Shown here: piece after piece, positions 7,795-16,807 of the stretch | Layout: each line of letters starts with the position of its first letter | Numbering within the stretch: position 1 is the first letter of the stretch | Source: Acidobacteriota bacterium | GTDB taxonomy: Bacteria; Acidobacteriota; Vicinamibacteria; Vicinamibacterales; UBA2999 | Reading direction: 5' to 3' | NCBI GenBank assembly: GCA_031392125.1 | Contig: JANMUX010000521.1 | Location: 1-55,567, forward strand | Length of the DNA stretch: 55,567 nucleotides | The notes under the pieces: model-generated | Seen by the model: the letters and a program-made list of their open reading frames with translations, nothing else | Told to the model about the DNA's origin: nothing | Database searches by the model: none | Position numbers and translations under genes: made by a program

Positions 7795-8991
7795 ATGTCT
7801 GCCATCTATCCTTTCACCGCGTTGCGGCCTGCGCCAAAGGCAGCCGCCGCCGTGGCTTCGGTGCCCTACGACGTCGTGAACACCGAGGAAGCCCGCGAGC
7901 TGGCGAACGGCAACCCACTGAGTTTTCTGCGCGTCTCTCGCCCCGAGATCGAATTGCCGGCCGGGACCGATCCGCACGCCGCCGCGGTGTACGACCTGGC
8001 GGCAAGGAACTTCGCGCGGCTGAAGAGCCTGGCGCCGCTGATCGTGGAGGAAGCAGCCAGCTTCTACGTCTACCGGCTTCACATGGGCGAGCACGTGCAA
8101 TCGGGCGTGGCGGCCTGTTTCTCGATCGATGAATACGAGCACGACCTGATCAAGAAGCACGAAAAGACCCGGCCCGACAAGGAAGACGATCGGACGCGTC
8201 ACATGCTGTCGATTGGCGCGCAGACCGGGCCTGTCTTCCTGACTTATCGCTCCTCGACCGCCGTGGATGCCGCGGTCGCCGCCGCAGCCACGGGCGAGCC
8301 GCTGTATGACATCGTTGCACCCGACGGCGTCCGTCACCAGGTCTGGTGCGTGCCGGCAGCGATGAACCAGGCGTTCGTCACTGCCTTCGCTGCGCTCGAC
8401 AGCCTCTACATCGCCGATGGCCACCATCGCGCCGCCAGCGCGGCGCGAACCAGGCAGTCGCTTGCGGCCAAGGGCGCCGGCGAACACGATCGCGTTCTTG
8501 CCGTGGCCTTTCCCGACAACCAGATGCAGGTGCTGCCCTACAACCGCGTCGTTCGCGACCTGCACGGCCTGACCGCCAACGAGTTCCTGGCGTCGCTAAG
8601 GCGCCGGCTCACGGTCACCGCCGGCGGCCCCGCTACTCCGGCGCGCAAGGGCGACGTGGCGATGTTCCTCGCCGGCGCGTGGCACACCATCACGCTGCCG
8701 GCGGCCGCGCATTCGCTTGATGTCGACGCCCTTGAAAGCACCATCCTCGAGCCGGTGCTAGGGATCGACGACGTCCGCACGAACAAGCGGATCGACTTTG
8801 TCGGCGGCATTCGTGGTACGTCGGCGCTCGAGCAACTAGTGACCAGCGGAGCCTTTGCGGTAGCTTTTTCGATGTTCCCGGTATCGGTCGATGACCTGAT
8901 GCGGGTGTCGGACGCCGGTGGCATCATGCCGCCGAAGTCGACCTGGTTCGAGCCCAAGCTTCGCGACGGCCTTCTCTCGCACTTGCTGTAG
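7795..8991 (+). CDS. DUF1015 family protein (function unknown)
   Basis: N-terminus MSAIYPFTALRP...ASVPYDVV and internal YIADGHHR match my memory of the DUF1015 signature. ~400 aa is a typical length. Confidence 0.7.
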   Translation: MSAIYPFTALRPAPKAAAAVASVPYDVVNTEEARELANGNPLSFLRVSRPEIELPAGTDPHAAAVYDLAARNFARLKSLAPLIVEEAASFYVYRLHMGEHVQSGVAACFSIDEYEHDLIKKHEKTRPDKEDDRTRHMLSIGAQTGPVFLTYRSSTAVDAAVAAAATGEPLYDIVAPDGVRHQVWCVPAAMNQAFVTAFAALDSLYIADGHHRAASAARTRQSLAAKGAGEHDRVLAVAFPDNQMQVLPYNRVVRDLHGLTANEFLASLRRRLTVTAGGPATPARKGDVAMFLAGAWHTITLPAAAHSLDVDALESTILEPVLGIDDVRTNKRIDFVGGIRGTSALEQLVTSGAFAVAFSMFPVSVDDLMRVSDAGGIMPPKSTWFEPKLRDGLLSHLL

Positions 8992-9000
8992 GAACATACG

Positions 9001-9082
9001 GTCTTGAGGTCTTGAGGACTTGGGGTCTTGAAGACACCCCGAAAAAGCCCAAGACCCCAGGACCCCAAAACCCCAGGACCCC
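9001..9082 (+). repeat. Mirrored tandem octamer tract directly upstream of the serA start
   Basis: First half: gtcttgag, gtcttgag, gacttggg, gtcttgaa. Second half: C-rich mirror words gacacccc, (ca)agacccc, aggacccc, aaaacccc, aggacccc. ggggtcttg (9022-9030) is exactly complementary to caagacccc (9050-9058). Confidence 0.8.
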
Positions 9083-10318
9083 ATGAAGGTACTAATCGCT
9101 GATAAGTTCGAGAAATCCGGCCTTGAAGGTTTGAAAGCCGCCGGATGCGACGTGATCTTCCAGCCCGACGCTAATGGCGACACCCTCGCCGCGGCCATCA
9201 AGGACACCGGCGCGCCGGTGCTGGTCGTGCGCTCGACCAAGGTCACCGGGCCCATGCTCGACGCGGGTGCGTTGTCGCTGATCGTGCGGGCCGGGGCTGG
9301 TGTCAACACCATTGATGTGGCCGGCGCATCGGAGCGCGGCATTTACGTATCGAACTGTCCGGGCAAGAATTCCGTGGCGGTGGCGGAACTCACCATGGGG
9401 TTGATCCTCGCAGTGGATCGGCGCATTCCCGACAACGTGGCCGAGCTGCGCGCGGGCAAGTGGAACAAGAAAGAATTCTCGAAGGCGCGCGGCTTGCTGG
9501 GCCAGACGCTCGGCCTGATCGGCTTCGGCCATATTGGCCAGGAAGTGGCGACGCGCGCGCGCGCGTTTGGCATGCCCGTGCTGGTGTGGAGCCGCCGCTT
9601 CAGCGACGATCGTGCCGCTCGGGCCTCAGCCGAACAGGCGTTTGGCATCCATGTGGTGTCAAGCGCGGCGGAACTGGTGTCGAAGGCCGACATCCTGAGC
9701 GTCCACCTGGCCTTGACCAAGGAGACCCGTGGTTTCGTCGATGCCGAACTGCTGGCGCACGCCAAGCCGGGCGCCTATTTCATCAACACCGCTCGCGGTG
9801 AAGTGGTGGACTATGCAGCGCTCGAGGCGGCGGCCAAAGTGAAGGGTCTGCGGATTGGCTTGGACGTGTTCGCCAACGAGCCGGCCGATGCGACCGCCGA
9901 CTTCGCCGACACCCTGGTGACGCAGCCCAACGTCTACGGCACGCACCATATCGGCGCCTCGACCGATCAGGCGCAGGAGGCGATTGCCACCGAGACCGTG
10001 CGCATCATCACCACCTTCAAGGACACCGGTAAGGTGCCCAACGTGGTGAACCTCGCCAAGCTGACGCCGGCCACCCATATGCTGGTGGTGCGCCACCGCG
10101 ACAAGCCCGGCGTGCTCGCGCATGTGTTCGAGTACCTCAAAGTGGCGCGCCTCAACGTCCAGGAAACCGAGAACATTATTTTCGAAGGCGCCCAGGCCGC
10201 GGTCGCCCGGATCAATCTGGATGGTGCACCGTCTGCGCGCGCGCTCGACGCCATGCAGTCGGGCAACGCCGACATTCTCGATCTTCAACTCGTCAAACTC
10301 GGACAACCGGATAATTAG
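9083..10318 (+). CDS. serA: D-3-phosphoglycerate dehydrogenase with C-terminal ACT domain
   Basis: 2-hydroxyacid dehydrogenase fold, NAD site GLIGFGHIGQEVA, catalytic-region HIGAST, ACT-like C-terminus (LVVRHRDKPGVLAHVFEYL). Confidence 0.9.
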   Translation: MKVLIADKFEKSGLEGLKAAGCDVIFQPDANGDTLAAAIKDTGAPVLVVRSTKVTGPMLDAGALSLIVRAGAGVNTIDVAGASERGIYVSNCPGKNSVAVAELTMGLILAVDRRIPDNVAELRAGKWNKKEFSKARGLLGQTLGLIGFGHIGQEVATRARAFGMPVLVWSRRFSDDRAARASAEQAFGIHVVSSAAELVSKADILSVHLALTKETRGFVDAELLAHAKPGAYFINTARGEVVDYAALEAAAKVKGLRIGLDVFANEPADATADFADTLVTQPNVYGTHHIGASTDQAQEAIATETVRIITTFKDTGKVPNVVNLAKLTPATHMLVVRHRDKPGVLAHVFEYLKVARLNVQETENIIFEGAQAAVARINLDGAPSARALDAMQSGNADILDLQLVKLGQPDN

Positions 10319-10323
10319 ACATC

Positions 10324-11406
10324 ATGAATCGCATCTTCAATTTCTCTGCTGGCCCGGCCGTGCTGCCGGTCCCCGTTCTCGAAGAAGCTCAGCGCAACCT
10401 GGTCGAACTGCCCGGCGTCGGCATGTCGGTACTCGAGATCAGCCACCGCTCGAAGACGTTCGAGGCCATCCTGGCTCAGGCCGAGGCCGACGTCCGCGCC
10501 CTCGGCAAGGTGCCCGCCAACTACAAGGTGCTGTTCCTGCAAGGCGGCGCCTCCATGCAGTTCTCCATGGTGCCCCTCAACCTGCTCACCCCCGGGGCCA
10601 CCGCCGACTACATCGTCAGTGGTGCGTGGTCGCAGAAGGCCGTGAAGGAAGCGCAGCGTGTCGGCACCGTGAACATTGCGGCGTCGACCGAAAGCGAGAA
10701 CTTCTCGCGAATTCCCCGGCAGGATGAGATCAAGCTGACGGCCGGAGCGGCCTACGTCCACATGACCACCAACAACACGTTGTTCGGCACCGAGTGGTCG
10801 GTCGAACCGGCAGTGGGTGAGGCGCCGCTCGTGGCCGATACGTCGTCAGACATGTTCAGCCGGCCGATCGATGTCTCGAAGTACGGCTTGATCTACGCGG
10901 GCGCGCAGAAGAACCTCGGACCCTCGGGGGTGACGCTGGTGATTGTTCGCGAAGATCTGCTCGCGCGGTCGCAGAAGTCGCTGCACACCATGCTCAACTA
11001 CGCCGTGCATGCTGAGAACGGCTCGATGTACAACACGCCGCCGTGTTTCGGCATTTACCTGATGGGCCTGGTGATGAAGTGGGGCCTGGCGCAGGGCGGG
11101 CTCGACGCCATCGGCGCGAACAACGCCCGCAAGGCGGCGAAGTTGTATGCCGAGATCGATCGCTCGGGCTTCTACCGCGGCACCGCCGACAAGGCGAGCC
11201 GCTCGCGCATGAACATCACGTTCCTGCTGCCAAACGAGGATCTCGAGAAGACTTTCGTCAAGGAATCAACCGCCGCGGGGTTGGACGGGCTGAAGGGCCA
11301 CCGCTCGGTCGGCGGCATGCGCGCATCGATTTACAACGCGTTTCCGGAAGAAGGCGTCGATGCGCTGGTCGCCTTCATGCAGGAGTTCGAGAAGAAGAAC
11401 GGGTAG
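10324..11406 (+). CDS. serC: 3-phosphoserine aminotransferase
   Basis: MNRIFNFSAGPAVLPVPVLEEAQ N-terminus. 360 aa. Sits 5 nt after serA. Confidence 0.9.
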   Translation: MNRIFNFSAGPAVLPVPVLEEAQRNLVELPGVGMSVLEISHRSKTFEAILAQAEADVRALGKVPANYKVLFLQGGASMQFSMVPLNLLTPGATADYIVSGAWSQKAVKEAQRVGTVNIAASTESENFSRIPRQDEIKLTAGAAYVHMTTNNTLFGTEWSVEPAVGEAPLVADTSSDMFSRPIDVSKYGLIYAGAQKNLGPSGVTLVIVREDLLARSQKSLHTMLNYAVHAENGSMYNTPPCFGIYLMGLVMKWGLAQGGLDAIGANNARKAAKLYAEIDRSGFYRGTADKASRSRMNITFLLPNEDLEKTFVKESTAAGLDGLKGHRSVGGMRASIYNAFPEEGVDALVAFMQEFEKKNG

Positions 11407-11418
11407 TTGTTGACAGGA

Positions 11419-11440
11419 GGGCGGCACGTCAGTGCCGCCC
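11419..11440. terminator. GC-rich hairpin between convergent serC and pcnB
   Basis: gggcggcac / gtgccgccc, 9-bp perfect stem, 4-nt loop gtca. No U-tract. Confidence 0.55.
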
Positions 11441-11445
11441 CGTCA

Positions 11446-12885
11446 TTACGATTCAGGCGGCTTGTTGAAACTGCGACGGCCACGGCGGCGCCTTCCCCGG
11501 CGTCGCCGGTTCGCGCCCGGGGCGCGGCCTTCGGGCGACGGCGCGCCCGGTTCCGGCACGGGTGGGTGCAGGGCCTCGGGCCCCAGCGCCTCGATGAATC
11601 CCTTCCAGTGTTCAAGCACGGCCGGCGCGTTGCCGTGAATCTCGAACCAGGTCAGCGCATCTTCAAACGGCCCGCGATGCATCAGCGAGCGCTTGGCGCG
11701 CGGGGACATCTCGAGATCGGCAATGCGGCTTTGCAGCGACAGGATCTGGCGCAGGCGCTCGGTGTCGCCACGCGCGACCGGCAGCGACCCGATCTTGAGA
11801 ATGGGTTCCTTCGGCGGCCGCTTGAAGCGCGACTTGTGGGCAACGGGGGCCGGCAACGCGTTGCCCGAATCCCCGTCGGCCGGCTCGTCGGCGTCGCCGG
11901 CTTCGTGACCGGCCTTGTCATCCCCGTCCAGGTCGTCATCAAACCGGGTGTGTGCCTTGCGCGGCATCAGCCCGAGCGGGATCAGCATGGTGCCGAGCAG
12001 GATCGGGTTGCGCATCGTGGCCGGCGCCGATTCGAACTTACGGCGATAGGCGTCAAGGGCCGCCAGTCCCTCCCACAGCGCCACGTTCTTCACGCCGCGC
12101 TGAATTTCCGGCGTCACCGGCTCCAGCAGCCGATGCTCGGCCAGCGCGCGGAAGGTCACTTCCGCGGCGCCCGAACGAAGAATCTTGTAGTACTCCTCGA
12201 TCATGCGCGCGGGCGACGCGGTAGCCATCAGCTTGCGGTGGGTGGCAATGGCTTTCACGACCGGCTCGTCGATCCGGAAGCCAAGGCGCGACGCCATCAC
12301 GATGGCGCGCAGCATGCGAACCGGGTCTTCCTGGAAGCGCTCGTTGGGGTCGCCGATGCACCGGATCAGGCCGTCCTTCAAGTCCTGCAGCCCGCCTACG
12401 TAGTCGATGATCGAGAAGCTGCCGACGTCGTAGAACAACGCGTTGATGGTGAAGTCGCGTCGAAACGCATCTTCTTCGGGCGTGCCGAACGTGTTGTCGT
12501 GCTTGATCAGGAGGTCGGCCGCGTCGGTCGCGTGGGGCGAGGGTGGCGCTTCGGCCGGCTCGGCTTCGGATCCGGCCGGGATGTTCTTGCGGAAGGTGGC
12601 GACTTCAATGGCCTTGAGGCCGAACCGGACATGGGCGAGGCGGAAGCGACGGCCGATGATCCAACAGTTCCGAAAGAGCTTCTTGACCTGGTAGGGATGA
12701 GCCGAGGTGCCGATGTCGAAATCCTTGGGCCGACGGCTGAGCAGCAGGTCGCGAACGCTGCCGCCAACCAGGTAGGCGGTGTAGCCCGATTCGTGCAAGC
12801 GGTACAACACTTTGAGAGCATCTGCATCGATGTCCCGCCTGGAAATCGGGTGCTCAGCCCGAGGGACAATTACCGGCTCTGTCAT
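11446..12885 (-). CDS. pcnB: Poly(A) polymerase I (polynucleotide adenylyltransferase)
   Basis: IVPRAEHPISRRDIDADALKVLYRL, YLVGGSVRDLLL, KDFDI, and an Arg-rich C-terminal tail. Confidence 0.85.
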   Translation of the reverse strand: MTEPVIVPRAEHPISRRDIDADALKVLYRLHESGYTAYLVGGSVRDLLLSRRPKDFDIGTSAHPYQVKKLFRNCWIIGRRFRLAHVRFGLKAIEVATFRKNIPAGSEAEPAEAPPSPHATDAADLLIKHDNTFGTPEEDAFRRDFTINALFYDVGSFSIIDYVGGLQDLKDGLIRCIGDPNERFQEDPVRMLRAIVMASRLGFRIDEPVVKAIATHRKLMATASPARMIEEYYKILRSGAAEVTFRALAEHRLLEPVTPEIQRGVKNVALWEGLAALDAYRRKFESAPATMRNPILLGTMLIPLGLMPRKAHTRFDDDLDGDDKAGHEAGDADEPADGDSGNALPAPVAHKSRFKRPPKEPILKIGSLPVARGDTERLRQILSLQSRIADLEMSPRAKRSLMHRGPFEDALTWFEIHGNAPAVLEHWKGFIEALGPEALHPPVPEPGAPSPEGRAPGANRRRRGRRRRGRRSFNKPPES

Positions 12886-13525
12886 CCAGCCTTAGATTGT
12901 ATTCCGGAGTGACGTCGTAAATACCGGTCCCGAGCCGCTGAAACCAGCCGTAATGGTTGTCGGCCATGATTCGCCGGGCGTGGGCCACCCCGCTGGCTTT
13001 AGCCACGACAGCAGCCTTGGTGGCGCCGTGTTCCGACAGGAACGTGGCACAGCGCATGGCCTCCTGCCGATAGGCGGTCACCAGGCCTGTCCGCGTAGCG
13101 CCACCGACATTGGGGTCGCCGGTTCGCCGCGTGAACTCCCCAAGCAAGCGGACCCTCTTCTGTTTTGACTGGCGTGGCCGATAGGGCGCCGGGTCTGCAT
13201 GCACCTCCACGCGCGGCTCGCGCGGCCTGACGGTCATGAGGCCGAGTCCAAGGCGTCGGCATAACTTGAGGTTGCGTTGCAGCGCCCGCCTCGACGCCAT
13301 GCCGCGGCCAGCGGGAACGGCAATGTAGACCGTGTCGGTAATCGCCTGTCGCTCCGTTCCCTGGTGAAACAGCGACAGCGAGAAGCTGGTCTTGGTCTCG
13401 ACAATCAGCGGCGGCTCGTCGCCGCGGATGCCGACGATGTCGGCGGCGCCGATCTCGGCTTTGACCTCGTAGCCCTGCTGCTCGAGGAAGCGCTTGATGG
13501 GTTCGTACAGTTCGGTTTCACGCAT
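12854..13525 (-). CDS. DUF2161-like protein: PD-(D/E)xK nuclease-like N-terminus plus winged-helix-like C-terminus
   Basis: MRETELYEPIKRFLEQQGYEVKAEIGAADIVG...PLIVETK (D...ExK pattern). 223 aa. Its 3' end overlaps the pcnB start by 32 nt. Confidence 0.6.
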   Translation of the reverse strand: MRETELYEPIKRFLEQQGYEVKAEIGAADIVGIRGDEPPLIVETKTSFSLSLFHQGTERQAITDTVYIAVPAGRGMASRRALQRNLKLCRRLGLGLMTVRPREPRVEVHADPAPYRPRQSKQKRVRLLGEFTRRTGDPNVGGATRTGLVTAYRQEAMRCATFLSEHGATKAAVVAKASGVAHARRIMADNHYGWFQRLGTGIYDVTPEYNLRLDDRAGNCPSG

Positions 13526-13557
13526 CGCAATGAGACTTGTGGCGCGAAATCATTGAC

Positions 13558-15309
13558 CTACTGCGGACTGACCCGTGTGAAGCGCACATCGCGTGCCGAC
13601 TCCTCGCCAGGCGGTGTTGACACGCTGAGATTGACAAGCCTGCCTGCGGCATCGCGCTGGAACTGCAGTTCCCCGATCAGCGAAACACCGAAGCCGCGCA
13701 CAAAATAATCACGTTCAACCGGCCGCAGCGTGAGGTCAGGTCGGCCGCGGCGTCGCAAGATGAGTTTGCCTTGGCGCTGCTCCAACTGCCAGCTCGAGTC
13801 GAGTTCTTGGCTGAACCACGTGCCGGCGTAGTCGGCGAGCGCCGCGCTGGACGGCGTCCAGACGGCCGCGTCCGCGAGCCTTTCGAGAGAGCTACTAAAA
13901 TCACCCAATGCGCCGCTCCACGTGATGTCCAGCCGCATCGGTGCCCCGGCAGCGTCGGAGCGGAAGGTGTACGAACCGATGTTCCCCGTCGTGCCGATCT
14001 CGAAGAAGCGTCCTCCACCGGAGTGCGTCATGGGTTCGAACACTTCGTCGTCCACCGGATCGAACACCACCTCGCCGAGGACGCCGTTCCTGACCTCTAC
14101 GGAAAGCGAGTCCCATGGCTGTTCGACCGAGCGGTAAACGCCGGTGAAGCGCGCGAGCGCATCGGCCGGCACCATGACGGCGGCTGGCGCCACTGGCTGC
14201 GGACGCGCCGGCTGCATCTGCGTCTCGAGATAGAGGTCCGCGATCGCCTGACCCAGGCGCCACGCCTCGATCTTCTCGCTGTTGCAGAGCGTCGCGACTG
14301 TCAACCGCTGGTCCAGGAAGCGAACCATCTCCGTTTGCGTGCCGTGGTCGCGCCCGCCGCGCGAGACGGTCCGCAGCCCGCGGTACGAGCCGAGGCGAAG
14401 CCCGTAGGCGTACGGAATTGTGTCGCCACTGGCGAGCCGCGGTCGTCCCAGCATGCGGGCGATCACCGCGGCCCCACCGACCTTGGGCTCGTCCATGTTG
14501 AGGTCCCAGCGAGCGAGGTCTTCGACCGACGCGTAGAGATTGTCGCCTCCAACGAGGTGCGAACTCGGAAACTCCACGCGGATCCCGGTCGGCGACTGAA
14601 CGTGCCCGAAGGCCCTCTGCTTGCTCGAGCGAACGCGCGCGTCGTGAACGAAACTACCCGTCATCCCCAGTGGCCCGAGAATGTCGCGTTCCAAATGCTC
14701 GCCGAACGGTACGCCGACCACGCGCTCGATGACCTGTCCAAGCAGTGCAAAGTCGCTGTGGCTGTACTCATGTCGCGCGCCCGGCGCAAAATTGAGTGTC
14801 CGCTGGTCCGCGAGGAGGTCCAGGAAGTCTGCCATCGTGGCCACAGACCTTCCCGACAGTGTTTCGAGCGCCTGGAAGTCCCGAAGGCCGCTCGTGTGCT
14901 GCAGCAGGTCACGCACACGAATTGGCGTACCGTAACCAGGTATCTCAGGAACCCAGCGCCGGATGTCGTCGTCGAACGACAACGCGCCTCGCTGCTCCAG
15001 GGTGAGCGCCGCAAGCGCGGTGAACGGCTTCGAGAGGGAGCCGAGGCTGAACGCCGTACGCGCGGTAATCGGCCTCCCGTCCTCAATGCTTGCCAGCCCA
15101 TACCCGCGACTCAGCACCGTGCTGCCATTCCGGTAGACCCCGACGGCGCAGCCGGGACCGTCGGGCGGTATTGTTCGGGTAAGCAGCGCATCGACGCGCT
15201 GCTCGATCCCCGCGTCAGGTGTGCGCAGACCGGTCGGTTGTAGTCCTGCGACGGGCGTCCAGAGACCGAGCATTGAGATAGCGGCCAGCAGGTGAATACG
15301 ACCCATCAC
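13558..15309 (-). CDS. Secreted serine hydrolase of the beta-lactamase/transpeptidase-like superfamily
   Basis: Signal peptide. SxxK motif in FSLGSLSKPFTALAAL. ~200-aa C-terminal extension. Confidence 0.8.
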   Translation of the reverse strand: MMGRIHLLAAISMLGLWTPVAGLQPTGLRTPDAGIEQRVDALLTRTIPPDGPGCAVGVYRNGSTVLSRGYGLASIEDGRPITARTAFSLGSLSKPFTALAALTLEQRGALSFDDDIRRWVPEIPGYGTPIRVRDLLQHTSGLRDFQALETLSGRSVATMADFLDLLADQRTLNFAPGARHEYSHSDFALLGQVIERVVGVPFGEHLERDILGPLGMTGSFVHDARVRSSKQRAFGHVQSPTGIRVEFPSSHLVGGDNLYASVEDLARWDLNMDEPKVGGAAVIARMLGRPRLASGDTIPYAYGLRLGSYRGLRTVSRGGRDHGTQTEMVRFLDQRLTVATLCNSEKIEAWRLGQAIADLYLETQMQPARPQPVAPAAVMVPADALARFTGVYRSVEQPWDSLSVEVRNGVLGEVVFDPVDDEVFEPMTHSGGGRFFEIGTTGNIGSYTFRSDAAGAPMRLDITWSGALGDFSSSLERLADAAVWTPSSAALADYAGTWFSQELDSSWQLEQRQGKLILRRRGRPDLTLRPVERDYFVRGFGVSLIGELQFQRDAAGRLVNLSVSTPPGEESARDVRFTRVSPQ

Positions 15310-15324
15310 GTCTCCTTGTACCGC

Positions 15325-15813
15325 TTACGCATCGCGGTGGTAGCGAATGACGTTGAACTCTTCATCCTGAGCGGGCGGCAGGAAGTGGGCCATGATCATG
15401 TCGAACTCCGCTTCCGACGTCCACGGCGTGCCCGGCGGCAGATGCTTGCTGCGCTGCTCGAGCTGACGCTTGCACAGGGCATCGGGTGCATCGATGAAGT
15501 GCAGTTCATGCTCAACGCCGGCCTGTTCGAACAGTTCGCGAAACCATGCTCGCTGGGCACGGGTGTTGCCGGGAAAGTCGAGCACGACTGAGGTGCCCAG
15601 GGTCAGCAGCGCACATACGTGCGGTCCGATTGCGCTGTTCAATCGCGCGGAGCACTTAAGGTAGCTGGGGACGTCAATGACTTCGCCCGGGAAGAGGCGG
15701 TCGAGCAGGTCGTCCTGGGTCAAGACGACCGCGCGCTCGCGCGCGGCCAATTCCTTCGCAAGGGTGGTTTTGCCGGCGGCCATCTTGCCGCAGAAGAAGA
15801 TCAACTTGGCCAT
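15325..15813 (-). CDS. P-loop kinase-like ATP-binding protein (AAA_33-like)
   Basis: Walker A FFCGKMAAGKTT at the N-terminus. 162 aa. Confidence 0.65.
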   Translation of the reverse strand: MAKLIFFCGKMAAGKTTLAKELAARERAVVLTQDDLLDRLFPGEVIDVPSYLKCSARLNSAIGPHVCALLTLGTSVVLDFPGNTRAQRAWFRELFEQAGVEHELHFIDAPDALCKRQLEQRSKHLPPGTPWTSEAEFDMIMAHFLPPAQDEEFNVIRYHRDA

Positions 15814-15816
15814 GGG

Positions 15817-15956
15817 CCGCAGATTGTGGCGATTACAAATACAGGCACAGATTAAGCGCAGATTTCCACAGATTCAAACGAGTCTCCAAATCGATCGTGC
15901 CTGGCGCCCGAAATCGGGTTGCAGAGAATCTATGCGAATCTGCGCCAAATCTGTGG
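15817..15956. promoter_or_regulatory. Dyad-symmetric array of phased 9-mers (SCRCAGATT / AATCTRYGS) in a divergent intergenic region
   Basis: Direct copies at 15817, 15845, 15856 and 15866. Inverted copies at 15927, 15937 and 15948. The three inner pairs share one symmetry centre (15900.5) with mirrored 11/10 and 10/11 nt spacing. Confidence 0.75.
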
Positions 15957-15987
15957 CTGAGTTTGGATTTGTGCTATCTGTGTCTAT

Positions 15988-16794
15988 GTGGCTGTCCTGA
16001 GACTGACGTCTGCGGCGGTAATCGTCTTGCTGGCTTCGAGCCCGGCGTCGGCGACTCGGGCCGACCTTGCACGCGCGCGCGCACTCTACAATCAGCGGCA
16101 GTTCGACGCCGCCATCGAGGCCGCCCTCGTGGCGCAGAAGACGCCTGCCACCCTGGACGCCGCCACCGTGGTGCTCGCTCGCGCCCACCTCGAGCGCTAC
16201 CGCGAGCGCGCCGACCCTGCAGACCTGTCGGCAGCCCGAGTGGCCTTGGGCACAGTTCGCTCGTCGGTGCTCGATGCGCGCGACAACATCGACTTCCTGA
16301 TGGCTCTCGGCGAAGCGCTGTTTTTTGAAGACGACTACGGCGCTGCGGCGCAACTGTTCGAGAGCGGACTCGACATCGCCATTGCCAGCGGCCCGGTGCC
16401 GGGTGAGGCGATGCTCGATTGGTGGGGCAGTGCGGTCGAGCGCCACGCCGACGGCCTGGGGCGGGACGAGCGCGCCACGGCATTTGGCCGCATGCGCGAC
16501 CGCATGGCTCGCGAACTGACCCGCAATCCTGGTTCCGCTGCCGCAGCGTATTGGGTGGCGGTCGCCACCCGGGGCTCCGGCGATGCCGCTGCCGCGTGGG
16601 ATGCCGCCATCGCCGGCTGGGTCCGCGCGCGCCTGGCCACCAGTCGCGCTGCCAACTTGCGGGCGGATCTCGACAAGCTGATGTTGCAGGGAATCATCCC
16701 TGACCGCGTCCGCCTGTTATCGCCCGACAAGCGCGCCCAGGCCGAATCCGACCTGCGCGCGGACTGGGCGGTGGTCAAGGAGAGATGGAAATAG
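15988..16794 (+). CDS. Secreted all-alpha (TPR-like) hypothetical protein
   Basis: GTG start. Signal-like AVLRLTSAAVIVLLASSPASA. G/C-rich third positions. No family recognised. Confidence 0.55.
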   Translation: MAVLRLTSAAVIVLLASSPASATRADLARARALYNQRQFDAAIEAALVAQKTPATLDAATVVLARAHLERYRERADPADLSAARVALGTVRSSVLDARDNIDFLMALGEALFFEDDYGAAAQLFESGLDIAIASGPVPGEAMLDWWGSAVERHADGLGRDERATAFGRMRDRMARELTRNPGSAAAAYWVAVATRGSGDAAAAWDAAIAGWVRARLATSRAANLRADLDKLMLQGIIPDRVRLLSPDKRAQAESDLRADWAVVKERWK

Positions 16795-16807
16795 GATGTG
16801 GAGGTCT

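Noticed and set aside
11407-12912. 501-aa plus-strand ORF
   Set aside because: It is antisense to pcnB, which has unmistakable poly(A) polymerase motifs. No recognisable domain; shadow ORF.
13771-15243. 490-aa plus-strand ORF
   Set aside because: It is antisense to the SxxK serine hydrolase gene. Arg-rich product with no motifs.
15817-15990. Possible replication origin or DnaA-box cluster (ATTTCCACA, TCAGCCACA-like 9-mers)
   Set aside because: Best matches are only 7 of 9 to TTATCCACA. No dnaA/dnaN or AT-rich unwinding element is nearby. The repeat core is CAGATT, not a DnaA box.
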